Below are positions 20,812-35,300 of a stretch of DNA of 64,000 nt, one piece after another. Origin of the DNA: Vermamoeba vermiformis (lineage: Eukaryota); assembly GCA_045837725.1 (NCBI GenBank), contig JBEWZL010000056.1, forward strand, positions 62,001 to 126,000, read 5' to 3'. The translations under genes and the position numbers were made by a program. Below the pieces are notes generated by a model. That model made no database searches and was not told the DNA's origin. It saw only the letters and a program-made list of their open reading frames with translations. The first letter of the stretch is position 1, and every line of letters begins with the position of its first letter.

Positions 20812-23485
20812 TTAGAAAATTCCATTTTTGTACCAATTGCCCGAATTGAATTCTTCTCTCAGTCCGTGACTGCACGCAAAATATTCGTCGTAGCGACCAC
20901 CAGTAGTGCGCAGTAAGAATTGCAAGTACGAAGGTCTATAAGAAAAATATGAGTACCCACATCCAGTCCGATCTTAAAATTTCCAAGAGTCAAATTAATT
21001 TTTTAATAGAAAAATGGATTATTTTGTACGTAATAAATCTATATTCTTTGTGCTTGCTAAAATAATGATGGCAGATTGATGCAGCATGAAAAAAATCAGT
21101 GACTTATCGTCCTTAGCGTGACACGTGTCAAACAGAAGTCATTGCAAATTTCGCATTAAAATATTAATCTAACGCTACAGACTGACTCCAGAAACAATAA
21201 CTAGTGACACGTGTCAAACAGACGTCGTGTCAAAATAGAGGTTGCGAAAGAATAAAGGTTCCAATTCAATGATTCTTACCTCAAGCAATCAGGCTCCCAC
21301 AACGAGCCGTAGAACAACACAGCGGTGCAGAATGAATAGAGCAGCACTTCGCCGTTCTTGATCGGCTTGATTTTCTTCGTATCAACTGCGTATCTGAACA
21401 ATGTTTCGGCTGCCTATTAACAAATCATTACTATCATCTATACTGCTTAATATAGATAATATATTATTAATATTCGAATAAACCTTAAAAAAATTGAAAT
21501 TTGGATGTGGATCCGAAATTTGAGCCCGACGAATTATTAGTCGTTTTTTTGATATTATAAGTGTCTTATATTGATAAATTACCTTAGCTACGACCCACAT
21601 AGAGATATCCGGACTTTGAATCAGTGCGGAGGACAATCCAGCGGTGAATCCAGCAATCAACGAGTTCGTCGCGTCTTCTTTGCCTCGAACGCGCCTTTAA
21701 GCACGAGATAAAATTAATACAATGCACGTAATTGCCTTATTTGGTAATAACACATCGTTGGAGGTTTGTTGTACGTACTTTAATATGCAGTGAACAATTC
21801 GTTCAAGTCCTGAGAGCAAACCGAGGAACAAACTGAACCGGAACTGAATATTTGCAGATGTATTAGTTAGTGCATAATATTTCCAAAAAAGGAAATAAAT
21901 ATCGTCGCTGCTTCAATAATATCTTGGGACACCATTTTTTCACGGCAAGTCAAAACCAGCAAATCACTTCGATTTGGATAACAATGATAATCCGACAGTA
22001 TTTCCTTATTAGGAAAGTGATTTCTAATGACTTACGGTGTACTTGTTCAACGCAATATCGAGCAATCTGCGCCACACTTGGTTGCTGAACAAAACTTTTG
22101 GTCGGACTAGCAGTGACAATAAGCCGAATACGCTCTATATTTAGTAATGTTAGAACGATCGCGTGGTTGAATTTCCATATTTGGTAAGGTAAAACTTTGT
22201 ATGAGGTTGAGAAAACTGACCTTGAATAAAAATGCCAAAATGAATGATTGACCGAATCCCATAATACTATAATGCAAACAATAGCCTCTGTGTTCGCACA
22301 ACTTGCAGTCTATTAATAAAATATCAGCAACGGAGATCCGCTGACGAAAACTTGCCTAATTTGGAAAAATGGTTTTTTTTAGATTGAACAAATTATCGTT
22401 CGTAAGAGTTAGTAAGACGAAAATATTGAACTTACTAGGCTTTCCAGGAATAGTTTTACTGACAATTCGTTCAAACCAACTCTTTTTTTGTTCAGATCCG
22501 ATGAAAAATTTCATGAGACCGCCAATATTATTGCCCAGATTGGCTGGTCTGTATTTATAGAATGCTACGAGGACACTCCATGACATAGCAAATAGGAGAG
22601 TAAGTCCACCAGGAATAGGAAGTGCCAATTCTAAACAAAAATTTCGGTCAAGATCCGATCGGAAAAATAAAAGTCATTTGAATTGTCAACAATGCGTGAT
22701 CAATATTATATTATATATGTATGACTTACTTCTAGCTACGGCCATTTTAAATAAGGCCTCTGCAGCTTGATTCATGACATAGACGGCCAATTCTACGCGT
22801 CGATGAGGTTTTTCGATAAATAAATACAAATAAGAGCCCAAAAACGCATTTAAAAATGAAAAAATGCGATAATTTCTGCCAGTTAATGATGTGGCCACGC
22901 ACATTTGACCGCAGAAAGAACTTCCATAAGCAGCTAAAAATAAAAACAACGGATCAGTATCGGATCTTCATTTGCGTATTATTAATTAGGCTTAAATAAT
23001 TAATGATAGATATTTATATACTAATTATTGATAATTTTAAATGTAACCGACTAAATTTGCCGTGTGCACAAAAAATTGATTTTCGCGTGACATTTCTCGG
23101 TGTTTTTGAAGGCGGTGCCGCTGATACTAAAAATATGGCATATCATAATATTAAGGTACTATTAGATAAACAAATCCGGTAATCGATTTCGTTAAAGCGC
23201 AGATCCGAACGGCTAATAAACAAATTTTTTGTATTTTTCTAACGGGTGCTTACCAATAAATAAACTGCTTCGTAATATATTAGGCAATGTCTTCTTAATA
23301 AAAAATTGGAAGTTCTTTTTGTTAAGCAAGTGTGTTAAAATGTAGATCGGCCCGTAGATCTTCAAGCAATTGTTAAATGTATCAATAAATGCTCTCCAGA
23401 CATAAACATAGTGCGATCCAGTCTTGGCATGAATGGTCACCGAGCAGGGCTGATAAAACCAATAAAGCTCCTTCGAGTTGGACAT
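20812..23485 (-). CDS. TMEM135-like membrane protein (multi-exon)
   Basis: PCSVTIH, LKIYGPIY, NILRSSLF, FIEKPHRRVELAVYVMNQAAE, CEHRGYC, IAGFTAGLS, PSYLQFLLRTTGG; stop at 20812-20814. Confidence 0.75.
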
Positions 23486-24292
23486 TTTTTTGATTTTGAG
23501 ACCAGGATCTGATCAGAAAAAAATATCTAGATTAGAGCTGATTCATGAAAGATCGAGCATTAAAATATTTCTAAAATAATTAGCAAAATATTAATAAACA
23601 AATACGAGCTCTAATTGCACAAGTTTGTTTGCAAGTCTATTAATTAGATCAAATTCGGATCTAGCCTCCGAGGTTGTCGTACAAACAAAACAAGTTTCAT
23701 AAACTTACTATATTGCAGCTCGTTGCAAAATGACACAACTCAAAATGAGTCCCAATCGTATGTAATTTTGTTGTGTGTTGATGAATCACTCAGGAGAAAT
23801 TAAAATTACGAGGGTTTCGTACTGCGACAGAGATTGCCACTGTAATTTCAATGAAACATTAAAAGGTTTGATGCGGTCTAATCATTGTTTGGAACCACAG
23901 TTGCACGGAGCGAGTTCGATCGAACGTTCCGAATCTACCTACTTAGCATGGAGACTCCAAGCAACTCAATACTATTGCGCGACTGAAAGAACTATTTGAG
24001 GTTATTATCAAGGCTCAACTTCCTAAAGAGATAATTTTCAGATGAAAAATCATCGGGTTGCCTCTTTTAGGCAGATCTTGCCTTCGATATCAAATTAATG
24101 GAAATTAACTGGTATTAATAACCTTAAATATTCAGACTAACTAATCAAGCCTTGCTTTTAGAGTCTTTGTCACGATCTGCAACTACTTTTGTACCGAAAG
24201 AAACAACCGATTAAAATTACAGTTTATTTACAAAATTATTTACGAAAAATAAGAACGAAAGAGACCACTCTTTAATATGGTTCCTTTTGAAG

Positions 24293-25500
24293 TTATTTCT
24301 TCTCGTCTAAGTGGGTGTTGTCGTCATCAGGCAGGACTTGTACTTTGTGTCTATAATACAGCCCGTCCTTGCTCATCGTACTAGACTTCAATTTGTACCA
24401 TAATGTATTTAAGCCACTTTTTTGCCATAATTTCCTCGATTCTTCTAATTTTTCTAAATTTTCATCTCGAAAAGTCGTGGATGCGGACTTATGACCAGCA
24501 TTTAACGAGTAGAATAATGAAGGTCTTGATGAATACGTTAACTTCAATCCCGCCAATTTAATTCTGTAGCTGAAATCGTCATCTTCGCCTCCCCAGCCCC
24601 AATAATCATTCGAATAGCCATTTATAGCCACAAAATCGGCTCTATTAACGCACGTGACTGTTCCAGCGAATCCTCTATAAATATATTTCCATCCTATAGT
24701 TAAGAACGTTAGCCAGATTGCTCGATCCAAAGCTTTATTTTATTTTAATTTTAATTTTCAAGTTTAATAGAATCCATGTTATTAATATTAACAATTATTT
24801 TGGACGCTTGATATTTTTATGTCGATCGCGTTGTTGGACTGATTTATTAAAGTTTTAAGATTGCATTTCGTATATTTTCGGTTAAAGAGTCATATTCATA
24901 GGGTTAGCCTTACCAAACTTTTGAATGAGCACGCCAAGCTGTCTAGGCTTCTCAGGATATGAATAATCAACGCATGGTGAGGCTGGAATAGTGTCTACGT
25001 CATGAAGACAAAAATAATCGTGATTTGATTGCGTCAAGTTGAATCCAATATTTAGTAGCTTGGCTCTATTGAATATATGCATGTCGTCTTGCTCTATTAC
25101 ATGAATAGAGAATTTTATGTTGAGATCCTGAAAAAACGCGTGCATCATTTGAGAAAAGGCTTGAAGGTGCATTTCGCGGTTTCTGAATGGTACTAATATT
25201 GCTAATGTATGATTACTATCGGGAGCATTATCATATCTATCTTCAGGACCTTGACAAAGTCTCGAATCTGTATTCAAAAATTAGATCCAAATACGGATTT
25301 GAAACAAAAAAGAGTTAAACTCACATAATTTATTCATACCGTGTAAAATAATTATAGTAATATTATATGTACATACCAGAACATTCTGCGGGTTCCCAAG
25401 TCGGTCCCAGAAAAAATTCAATGTTATAGGCGATCAGCAAGCCCAACACCACTAAAAATAATAGCGATATAACCACACGCAGCAACATAGGCCTAGCCAT
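24293..25500 (-). CDS. Beta-1,4-galactosyltransferase family (GT7), type II membrane protein
   Basis: LAILVPFRNR, FNRAKLLNIGF, CLHDVD, INGYSNDYWGWGGEDDDF; N-terminal TM exon from ATG 25500. Confidence 0.9.
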
Positions 25501-25844
25501 GGTTCTATGATTGATACGCTTTGTGGTGGTGCGGGTAAAGAAGGAAAAATACTAGATTTTTTGCACGGGCTTGTTTTCAATCCCAAAAAACGGTTCAGTT
25601 AGTAAACCACAATAGACATAATATTATACCTTTATGCTATACATAATTTGATAGTCGTCAATCGCTAATCTCGATCTAACCAACCGAACAAACAAAAAAC
25701 TGAAACTACGCAAAATGTTGAAGCTTACTATCGCAGCTGTTGATGATTGCACCAAATATACCCGTTATTTTAGAATTATTTAGGAATATTTAATAATTTT
25801 GTTTTTGAAAGAAAGCGCAGACGGAGCGGATTTATTTATTTAGA

Positions 25845-26475
25845 TCAAAAGAACTCCAACAATAGCCAAAGTGCTAGCACCAACAACAACTGCGTTGCTC
25901 TTAGCTCCAGGAGTAGTGCTCTTCGGAGCGTTAGTCGGGGCAGTGACAGGTGCAGCAACGGGCTCAGCTGTGGGTTCAGCAAGCGGTCCGGCCAACAAAT
26001 TCCGAGAATCGCAGTCGGAAGGGGAAGCGCAGAAGCCGGAGTCGGTGCAAAAAGCCTAAGAGCCAAACGTTAGTTTCGGCATCTAAAATTTGCCGGCTTT
26101 GGATCTGCCGACAAATTTGTTTCTCTTTAAAAGTTTAAATTAATAATAAATAAAATGAATCTAAATATACATGCAAATGGACTATTAATGAATGGCAGCC
26201 TCGACGACTAAGTCTTACCACACGAATTCGGTACGCATCCAAAGGACATGCAGCACCGCTAACAGCGTAGCAGGTAGACAGGGCCATCATGCACATGCAG
26301 TTGTCGAAGAGAGAAATAGCAGTAGCGGTGCACTTGTTATAGTCGACTTCGCACTGGCACTGAGCCGAAGCGGATGCTACAAAAAAAGTTTGTAAAGTTA
26401 TTATGGCATAATAATCACCTTCGTCTCAATTAACGTACCAATAAGCAAAGCAAGTACGGCAAAGACGTATTTCAT
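25845..26475 (-). CDS. Small secreted Cys-rich surface protein with Pro/Thr/Ala stalk and probable GPI signal
   Basis: Signal MKYVFAVLALLI, Cys-rich exon 26216-26378, last exon with FCTDSGFCASPSDC, an EPTAEPVAAPVTAPT stalk and a hydrophobic C-terminus. Confidence 0.65.
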
Positions 26476-27178
26476 GATGAGAAGTGGTGTTATGTTGTCT
26501 AAAGAATAAAAAAAAAATTCGACGACAAAAATGTTTTGCCTTATTTGGTTAAATTCATTCACGTTTGTGCCAGTTGCCGTTGTATGGTGTCGTTGGACTA
26601 TAATTACAAAATATCGACCCAATATTAAAGCATTCAACGATCGGAGCACAGCCAATGGCAGCATCGTTTGCATTTGGATCAGATTTACATTATTACGATG
26701 GATAACGCTCCGAAATCTACATACCCTGGAATTTAATAGATCCAAATACGGATCATCCGCTTTTTTTAACCCCGAACTTTTGCTGATCTAAATTCAAAAA
26801 TCAGCAAGTTTTAGTCCGACTCCCTCCGTGCAGACTTCCAATTAACGTGTAAGTTTAAAATGACGATTTTCTCGATCTTGTATAACGTTATACGAAGCGG
26901 CAAATCATATCAGAAATAACTAAGCAAGCCTTTACTAGTAACGCAAATCGAACTACCAATCGCGTATCTTTTCGGTTTGTGAAGAGTCATTGTTAAGCAG
27001 TGCTGCAGTAATTACCCTGAAAATGCATCGTAGCTTTGTGAAATCTACAACGGGAACAACCGGGTGTGAACTTTTGGGAACAAGCTCCCAGGGGAAGCAC
27101 GTGCTTCCTGTGGATAAAAACCAATCTGTCTTACACCAAAAGATTGTTTTTAGCAACGATACTACTACGACAGCACAG

Positions 27179-27703
27179 ATGACGCGAGTATTACTTATCG
27201 TCGCACTTTTGTTGCCTTTGGTGTTCGCTCAAACACGACCAACACTTGAAATCGTCGTATTCTCCGACATCTGCGCAACCTACATCACTACGTACGCTTT
27301 GGAGAATAATCCTTCCTTGTGTCAAAGGTTACCCTCGGTCACCGGTGGCATAGTCAGTGGATGGCCAGGATACGCTCGGTGTCAAGGAGATAGGATGCTC
27401 TTATCCTACTGCAGACGACAAGACAATGCCACAGACTGTGGTGACTGCGAAACACCTGTTCAAGTTTCCATCCGCAGTCGAGACACAGGGTGCGGTTGGG
27501 ATGGAATTATAGGCGCATCGGTCAGAGTTTCTTGTCCGCCAATCAATACAATTCTTGTTGAAGAAGGCGCGTTTGCTGTGGCTTGGAGTGGATTCTGCGT
27601 ATTTTTCGTCATGGCTGTTGTTTTTATGGCTCTGTATATCCACCAAAGAAGATCCGCAGTAAACATGTACAAAAACGCTCCACTAGCAGAACCGCTAATG
27701 TAG
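27179..27703 (+). CDS. Single-pass membrane protein with Cys-rich ectodomain
   Basis: Signal MTRVLLIVALLLPLVFA, 8 Cys, TM AWSGFCVFFVMAVVFMALYI, short cytoplasmic tail. Confidence 0.7.
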   Translation: MTRVLLIVALLLPLVFAQTRPTLEIVVFSDICATYITTYALENNPSLCQRLPSVTGGIVSGWPGYARCQGDRMLLSYCRRQDNATDCGDCETPVQVSIRSRDTGCGWDGIIGASVRVSCPPINTILVEEGAFAVAWSGFCVFFVMAVVFMALYIHQRRSAVNMYKNAPLAEPLM

Positions 27704-28009
27704 AAAAATTTGTTCATCCATAGGGTACCCTACATTATAATAAACATGCTGCATTAATATCAACACGTCATTTCAGTTCCTTAAAAAATAGACACGAAAT
27801 CTTGATCTGCAACGGTAATGCCAACCACCTCCGAGACAGCTAAACAGACGAAATAATACATTGAAGTGCTCATCGGATTGTTTGTTGCTCTGACAGGACC
27901 ATCCAATGGCTAATAATAAAGAAATCCGACCCGACATTTTCATCTTACCTTTTTCAGATCAACACAAGAGCCAACTTCGCCATTATTTTGTGCATGTTCG
28001 AATTAAAAC

Positions 28010-31000
28010 ATGGCAGCTCCAACGAAGGTATATACAAAAGCTGAAGCCAGACGAATCCGTTGGCAGGTGGATGTGGCGAAGATTTTTGTCTAATAATTCA
28101 AATATTATAGGAAAATGTAGTTATATTGCTCGATGTTGGTCTGGGGATGACTAAAGGCAAAAAATCAACGGAATTATTGGAAGGCGCGATCAAAGCCGTT
28201 ACTTTGCTAGTGCAACAAAAGGTAATCATTTTGCCCGCTCCAAATTAATTAATTAACTTAATTATAATTTTTAATCGCATTATTGTTCGGTTAGGAACGC
28301 ATTTTTGAAATTTAACTCGATCCCGCCTAAATTGCCGTAATTTCGTCGAAGCGAAAATTATTGGAAATAGAATCTATATCGTGCAATATTATTTTGAATT
28401 ACTAACGAATTTTTCATAGATTTTGTACAGCAGTAAAGATGAATTAGGTCTCGTTTTATTTGGCACGAACGGTAAGTTGATTAGCGATTCATTTATTTAA
28501 CCTTTAAATTATTATTAATATGCCAATAAGCCGTATGTATAATAATACAACGTTAAATTAATTACATCGACTACGGAATTATTTCTGATTTTTTAATTTA
28601 GAGACGAATAATGATTTGGCCGAAGGAGGACGAGAAGGCTATGAAAATATCAATGTGATGTATAATATCTTACCACCTAATCTTAAATTGCTACGTGATA
28701 TTGAATCAATTACGCCTGGCGATGCTGAAGCCGATTGTAAGTACACGCGATCTAGATCTCGCTGTCACCGTCATATTTTAATTTGAATAGGCATTGTCGT
28801 TAATATTAAGCAAATAGTGCAACCTATAATAATATCCAAACAATATTATACTCAATTATAAGACAGATCTGATTTTTTCATTATCGGATCTAGCTTCGTG
28901 AATGTTACTTTTTTTGCAGTAGTACGAATTTAATACTAATATTATTTTTATACTATTATAGTCATTGCAGCACTCATCGTGGGCATGGACATGTTGATAA
29001 AAAAAGCAGGTCAGAAGAACGTTCAAAAACGTATTTTCTTGGTGACGAATGCTGGGTCACAAGTGTTCAAAGAAGACATGCCTATTGTAGTCGATAAATT
29101 GAAGGAGATGGATGCCAGATTGAACGTTATGTAAGTTACTTCTATTTTCAAAATTTTGTAGGATCCAAATCACACCTATAATTCAATTCATAACGCTTAA
29201 ATATAATGCGTACAATAATTTCATGAATGGATCGATTGGGTTTTTGATTGCTTAAGATGGTGTTATTAATATTTTTTGTACTATAGTGGTGTTGATTTTG
29301 CCGATGAACATAGCGCCAACAACAATTTGAACCAATCGAACAAAATTAAAGCAAAAGATAAAGTCAAGGTACGTACTATTCTTCTACGATCATTATTTCC
29401 AAATTAGGCAATTGCCTTACATAAAGAGCACACGAACAAAATTTTAGAGTTGTTTACCGTGTTAATTTTTTTGCCTTTTATAGCAAGAAAATGAAGAACT
29501 GCTGCGCGAGTTGTGCGGTCAAGTGAAAGGTGTCGTAGTGCCAGTGACACAAGCCATTGAAATGATGTCGTACTTCAGATCCAAATCCGTGTTGCAAAGA
29601 ACTAGTTTCAGAGGATTCTTCGAAGTGAGTCAATTCGTTAAAATTCCTGTGTGGGCCTTTAAGAAGACTGCTGAAATGAAATTTCCTTCTTTGGCAAAAG
29701 TTTCCAAGGTCTCCCAAGAATGTAAGTGCGCACGTTATTGCCATTTATAGTCCTAGAAAAAAAAAAAATGACCTTATTAATTTGCAAGTATTAATTTGCA
29801 GCGGAAAATCCTGGCACGATGAATGTTATTCCGCAGCGCACGTTCCACAATGTGATGGATGAAAATCCAGACGAAGAAGTTCCCGAAGCACAACGAGTGA
29901 AGGGCTACAAATATGGCAAGACTCTCGTACGTATCTCTTACATTACTTTCATGAACGCCATTCACTGAATTGTTGATCGATCTAGGTACCGTTCTCCAAA
30001 ATCGACGAAGACGCGTTGAAATTGCAAACAGAGTCGGAATTGAAATTGATCGGTTTTAGCGCTAAAACTAATGTGCCACGTAAGTTTAATACGCCATTAC
30101 CATTTTAGGCAAGTATATACTCATCGATCCCTTTAGGTCATCACTATCAAGCTGATGTCGAGTGCATCACTTCGTTGCCCGGTGATCCTGATGCTGCTGT
30201 CGCTTTGAGCGCATTGGTAAGTAACGAAATTTCAATTTTCACCGAAGGAAAATCACGTGACTACACCTACAAATTGATCTTCAAACGGTTATTGACATTC
30301 AATTTATCAAGTCGACTGAGCCTAATTTCCTTTATAGATTCATGCCCTGGCCGAAACTAACTCCGTGGCCATCGTCCGATTCGTGAAAAGAAAAAATGCA
30401 CCGCCACAACTGGGTGTGCTGACGCCGAGCATTAAGACTGACCACGAAGTGCTGTACTACAACAAATTGCCTTTTTCGGAAGATATCCGACAGTATGCCT
30501 TTGCACCTCTTTTAAGCAATACTACGCGCAAATCTTACGTGCCGAATGAAGAACAATTGAACGCCGCGGAAGAATTGATCAACGCACTGGATCTCACTAA
30601 AGCTGCGACTGATGAGGACGGGTACGTCATAAAACACTTTTTTACTAACACGTTATTAACAACTATGATAATCCTTTAAGTAATAATTTTCTGTGTTTTT
30701 ACATGAAGAAATTTTGTGTTTTTTGGCCACACGTGCTGACCGGTGGATCTGACGACTAATTTTCATTCGTGTAGAAATCCGATTGAAGCTCTCAAGCCTA
30801 AATACACGTACAACCCGGCACTACAACACTTCTACCAAGTACTACAGTCACGTGCCATGCAGCCTGAAACACCACTACCGCCTTTGGATCCGCTCATTGA
30901 AAAGTACGTGAAAATATAATTACAACCCACCCCTACTGTTATCAGCATAACATGAAACATAATAATATTTCGCCCTATCGAATTTTCATATGATATACTT

Positions 31001-32157
31001 CGTCAATCGAACTCACGTGGTTGGTGGTTAGGTACGTGGCTCCAGACGAAGAATTGTTCAAGAAAGCAGAAGACTCGTTGAAGAATTTCAAAGAGAAGTT
31101 CGTGTTTGTGAAGACAGAGCTGAAAGAGAAAGAGAATCGACGTCGGAACTGGTCCGAAGCATTTTTGCGCGATGAAGATGTCACGCTCGAGTCGTACATG
31201 GCTGGCGGCGAGAAAAAGAAACAAAAACTCGGTACGTGCCCTAAACATCGATCTCGCACGGAGATTAATATTGACATGAAATTTCATCCATTTTTTTCAC
31301 ATTTTACTCGTGATATTTTTTACTCTTTGAGTAGTACTAACTATAGCTTTGATTTTTTTTAGACGATGGCCAAGGCATGTCATTGCAAAGCATTATCAGC
31401 GGAGGTGTCAATGAAGTCGGCACGATCACACCAGTGCAAGATTTCAAGAGCATGTTGACGCGCAAAGACGTCGATTTGGTCGATACAGGTACGCGTACTT
31501 GCCTTATTTGGAAATCCTTGCAAAAGCAATCTTACTCGTTGTTCCAGTCTTTGCGGATACTAATTTCCATATTTAGCCATCAAGCAAATGCGCGATCGCA
31601 TCGTCAAGTTCGTTCATGAAAGTATTAAGGACTCGTACTATGACAAAGCTATTGAATGTCTGGATGCGTTGCGAAGTGGATGCTTACAGGTACCTGATGA
31701 TCGATAAAAAGAACGAAATGACATCGCATAGGCTCTAACTACCTTGCCATATTAGGAAGGTGAAGTCGCCAATTTCAACAACTTCATGAACGACTTGAAA
31801 AAGTTTTTCAGAGGCAAGCGACGAAATGACTTTTGGGAGCGCATTGTTAGCAAAGACATTAGTCTGATTACGATGGACGAGAACGCTGAAAGTGATATTA
31901 CGGGTGAAGATGCTGTTAGAGTAAGTTGAAAAAAAATCTTAAAATAGATCCGTTGTCAAATCCGTCAAGCAATTTCGATTATTAAATCCGCTATTATTGC
32001 TCTTTTATTAATTACTCGTTATATTTAGTTCTTAAAGGGCGATATGGTCATCGATAGTTCAGCGCAGAATAATAATAACAATAATAACAACGATAAGGAA
32101 GAGAAGCAAGTTGGTGATGAACACGATGCTGAATCATTGTTTGATATGTTAGAATAG
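28010..32157 (+). CDS. KU80: Ku80 (XRCC5), NHEJ DNA-end binding subunit, many introns
   Basis: vWA VVILLDVG, DELGLVLFGT, KRIFLVTN; core VKGYKYGK, AIVRFVKRKNAPPQLGVL, LPFSEDIRQYAF, YNPALQHFY; C-terminal VGTITPVQDF, YDKAIECLDALR, AESLFDMLE*. Confidence 0.93.
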
Positions 32158-32613
32158 ATTAAGTAAATTAACAATTAGTAAAAAATTTACATAGACGAAA
32201 AGTACTGTCATATTTCGATCGATTTATTTAATTTTGCTTTCGAAAATCGTAATATCGTAACAAATTAGATAATTAGTGCTTACTTTAAGATACTTTTTAC
32301 TATCATATATACGGAGAAGTAAATCGATACCAGTTTTTTTGCGAGATTCGTGAGGTCAAACGGAGATAGTGCAGTATAGTCAACTAGAGATAACTTGAGT
32401 AAAAAAAATATATCAGCGAATATAATTTAGCAATGCGAGCCACTTCACTAGCTCCGAAGTACGAAAGATCTTAAATTGGAATTCTACCAAATGCGATTCA
32501 ATCGTATTGCTTCGTTATCATTGGTCCATTACTGTCTGTTTTTTCTGTTTTTGTCACGTGCAGTATAACTTTTAAAGCCGTTTGTAAAATTCATTTGTTC
32601 TTTTCCAACCGAA

Positions 32614-35011
32614 ATGCGTGCAACGGCTCTATTTATTTTGCTTGCACTCGTTAGCTATTCATATCAACAAGATGTTGCTGTAAAAGGTTGCCCTACGGCA
32701 GTTTCGACCCTCAACCGCGCATGCATTAGCACGACTTTCGGCACAGTAGATACATTCGATCTTTCGGATTCAACCTTTTGTGCCGAGGGCTTCACCCTTA
32801 CTACGTGCATTGATGGTTCATGTATTGATACGGACACATCTGACGCACTTAGACTGGTTATTCCACAGCTTTTTCGGCCTAGCATCTGCCCGATTTGCTC
32901 CGACATCCCGTTTATTTTGGAATCCTCGAGGAAAGTCTGCACAGCGTTTGGATTAAATCATGTTATCCCATTCGATAGACAGCCTTATTTTTGCGGCAAC
33001 ACAGACTTACAAAATGGGACAACATTATTGGCTACGAACTTCATAACTTTAACGGCCCTCACATCCGCAACCGAACCTGGATTTGTCGGCGTTAGATTTG
33101 ATTACCACGGATGCATTGTCTTCTCGCAAACTTGGTATGCCAAAGACGAATGGTCATCAGACAGAGTACCCACTGCCGGATGGTTCCCGCACACCGTCAA
33201 GATCAGTCAAAATGCAACTCAAGTATCAATTGCATTGGCCGCTCTCAACACCGATATTTATATAACGAAGAACGGAAAGGCCATGGCAGTCAGTATTGGT
33301 TACGGAGTGCGCTCATCCACGACGGATGCAGGCGTTTGTGCGGTTGCCGCGACTTGCGTTGCCGAGACTAACTACATCATGCCGACGCCTACTACACCAC
33401 CGTGCACTTCAATCCCGCTTATATTCGCTACAGGTACGGCAAAAGTGATATAGATCTGTCGGTGCACACGTGATCCGTTTGAACTTACTCATCATTCTAG
33501 GATGCCAATTTGATGTTAACACGATGAACTCCACTTGGGGTCAAAATGCATATGACGCAGCAACTATTGATGCCGCCTTGAAAGCTCTTCAAGGCAACGG
33601 TACCGTCCTCCAAGAGCTCGATTGTAAGTCATTCTTTATGGCCTTGTATCACTGCTAACGTGTTCTTATAGTCCAACGACGAGGTCTGCCCATTATACTG
33701 ACATTGGTGCCCAGTGGTGCCTTTGTCGGGTTGTACATTGGCGTGTACTTCTGGCGCAGACGAGTCATCAGAGGACGCGCCGAGACAATGGCATTTACGC
33801 AACACAAAGGCTGTTGCAACGCTTCGTGGACAAATGGCTTTGGCAATAGAACGGTCATTTCGTACAACCAACACAGCGCCCGTGAAAATTTGACGAGAGC
33901 CCCGATCCGAGCGATCTGGTGTTGGATGGTATTTTGCCTAAACTCACACGCTCTTGGCCTCGTGTACTCCTTCACGGGTCTAGTACTGCTGTCAATGTTC
34001 TGTGGACTTTGGATATTCTTGTACATTGCTAAGAACGTCGAAACCATTCACTACGGCAGCAGCAAATTCAGCGTGGCTTCCATCATCATTTACAAAGTCA
34101 TCATGAGCATGGTCTTGGCTCAACAGGCAGGCATTGGAATCATCGGTGTTGTTGCCTACGAGTATTACCTCTACGAGATCCAGTTCTGGTGGGGCATTGC
34201 AGTGCTAATCTTCATGTTCATCGGTGCATTTTGGATGATGATAACTGGCTTCGATTTGTGCCTTGCAACGAGATACTTGATAAAGGGTGTTCCAAAGCGT
34301 GAAAACCCTGTCACGATCGCTCTGCAACAGATCTCAAACGACAACAACAATAATCGTGCCAATAGAGGTCTGTTAGGAATGGTCTATCCACAAGCTATTC
34401 CTGACAACAATCAAAATCACGTGGTCGCTGTCCAACAACAACACGTCATTCCGAACGCCGTGCAGATGCAGCCCGCGGTTCAGGTGTCAGATCAGGTCAT
34501 TCCACCACCTCAAGCACATGTTATCCAAGGCCAACCAGCTATGAATATGCAAGTGTCCGACAATGTCATACCTCCTCCACAAGCACACGTCATCCAGCCT
34601 CAACCGAACATGTACGGCAATGGCGTCATTTCACCTCCCGACAACAATCCGTACATCAAGCCAGCACCCGCGGATATGATTCCTGGATACGGATCTGTTA
34701 ATATCACGGCAAATATAGACCAGTCAGACCCTTGCTATCGAGTCGCAAAGCGTACCATCAAAATGGCGGCGTTGGATTTAGAACCTGCCCGAGAAGAACA
34801 AATCAGCCAGAAGATCGTCGAGATGTTGCAGTCAATGAACGTATCCTACAATCTTCGCGGAGAAGATGGCGAAGCAGCTAGTTTGAGAAACGATCTGGCT
34901 AAGAATTTGGCCGAGGAAGTCAGGATGTACAAGAATGATTCGATGGACGAGCTCTCTTATGGCCTAAAAGAGGCAATTTTGTTATGGAAAGACGAGCATA
35001 AGCTTACTTAA
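32614..35011 (+). CDS. Membrane protein with signal peptide, Cys-rich ectodomain, several TM helices and Gln/Pro-rich cytoplasmic tail
   Basis: ORFs 32614-33453, 33470-33658 and 33704-35011 are linked by short introns; VIPPPQAHVIQ repeats. Confidence 0.7.
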
Positions 35012-35300
35012 TGCTCCTAATGTATAATTTCGCAATAAATACTTATTTGTAAATAAAATCGAAAACGAGATCCAATTCGCTGCTTACTCCCACAGCGAAC
35101 CCAAAGGTATAATACGCGTAAATAGCATTATTATATTGCACAATGAACAGTTTACTGCTGAATTAATTGTTTTGTCGACGTCCAATGATTCGGGTTCGTG
35201 ATTGACATTTGTGACGGTTTCATGTCCAGTTCCCTTCATTCGTCAATTCTATTAATCAAACGCACCATCGACTACATAAGGCCCATATTATTATTATTAA

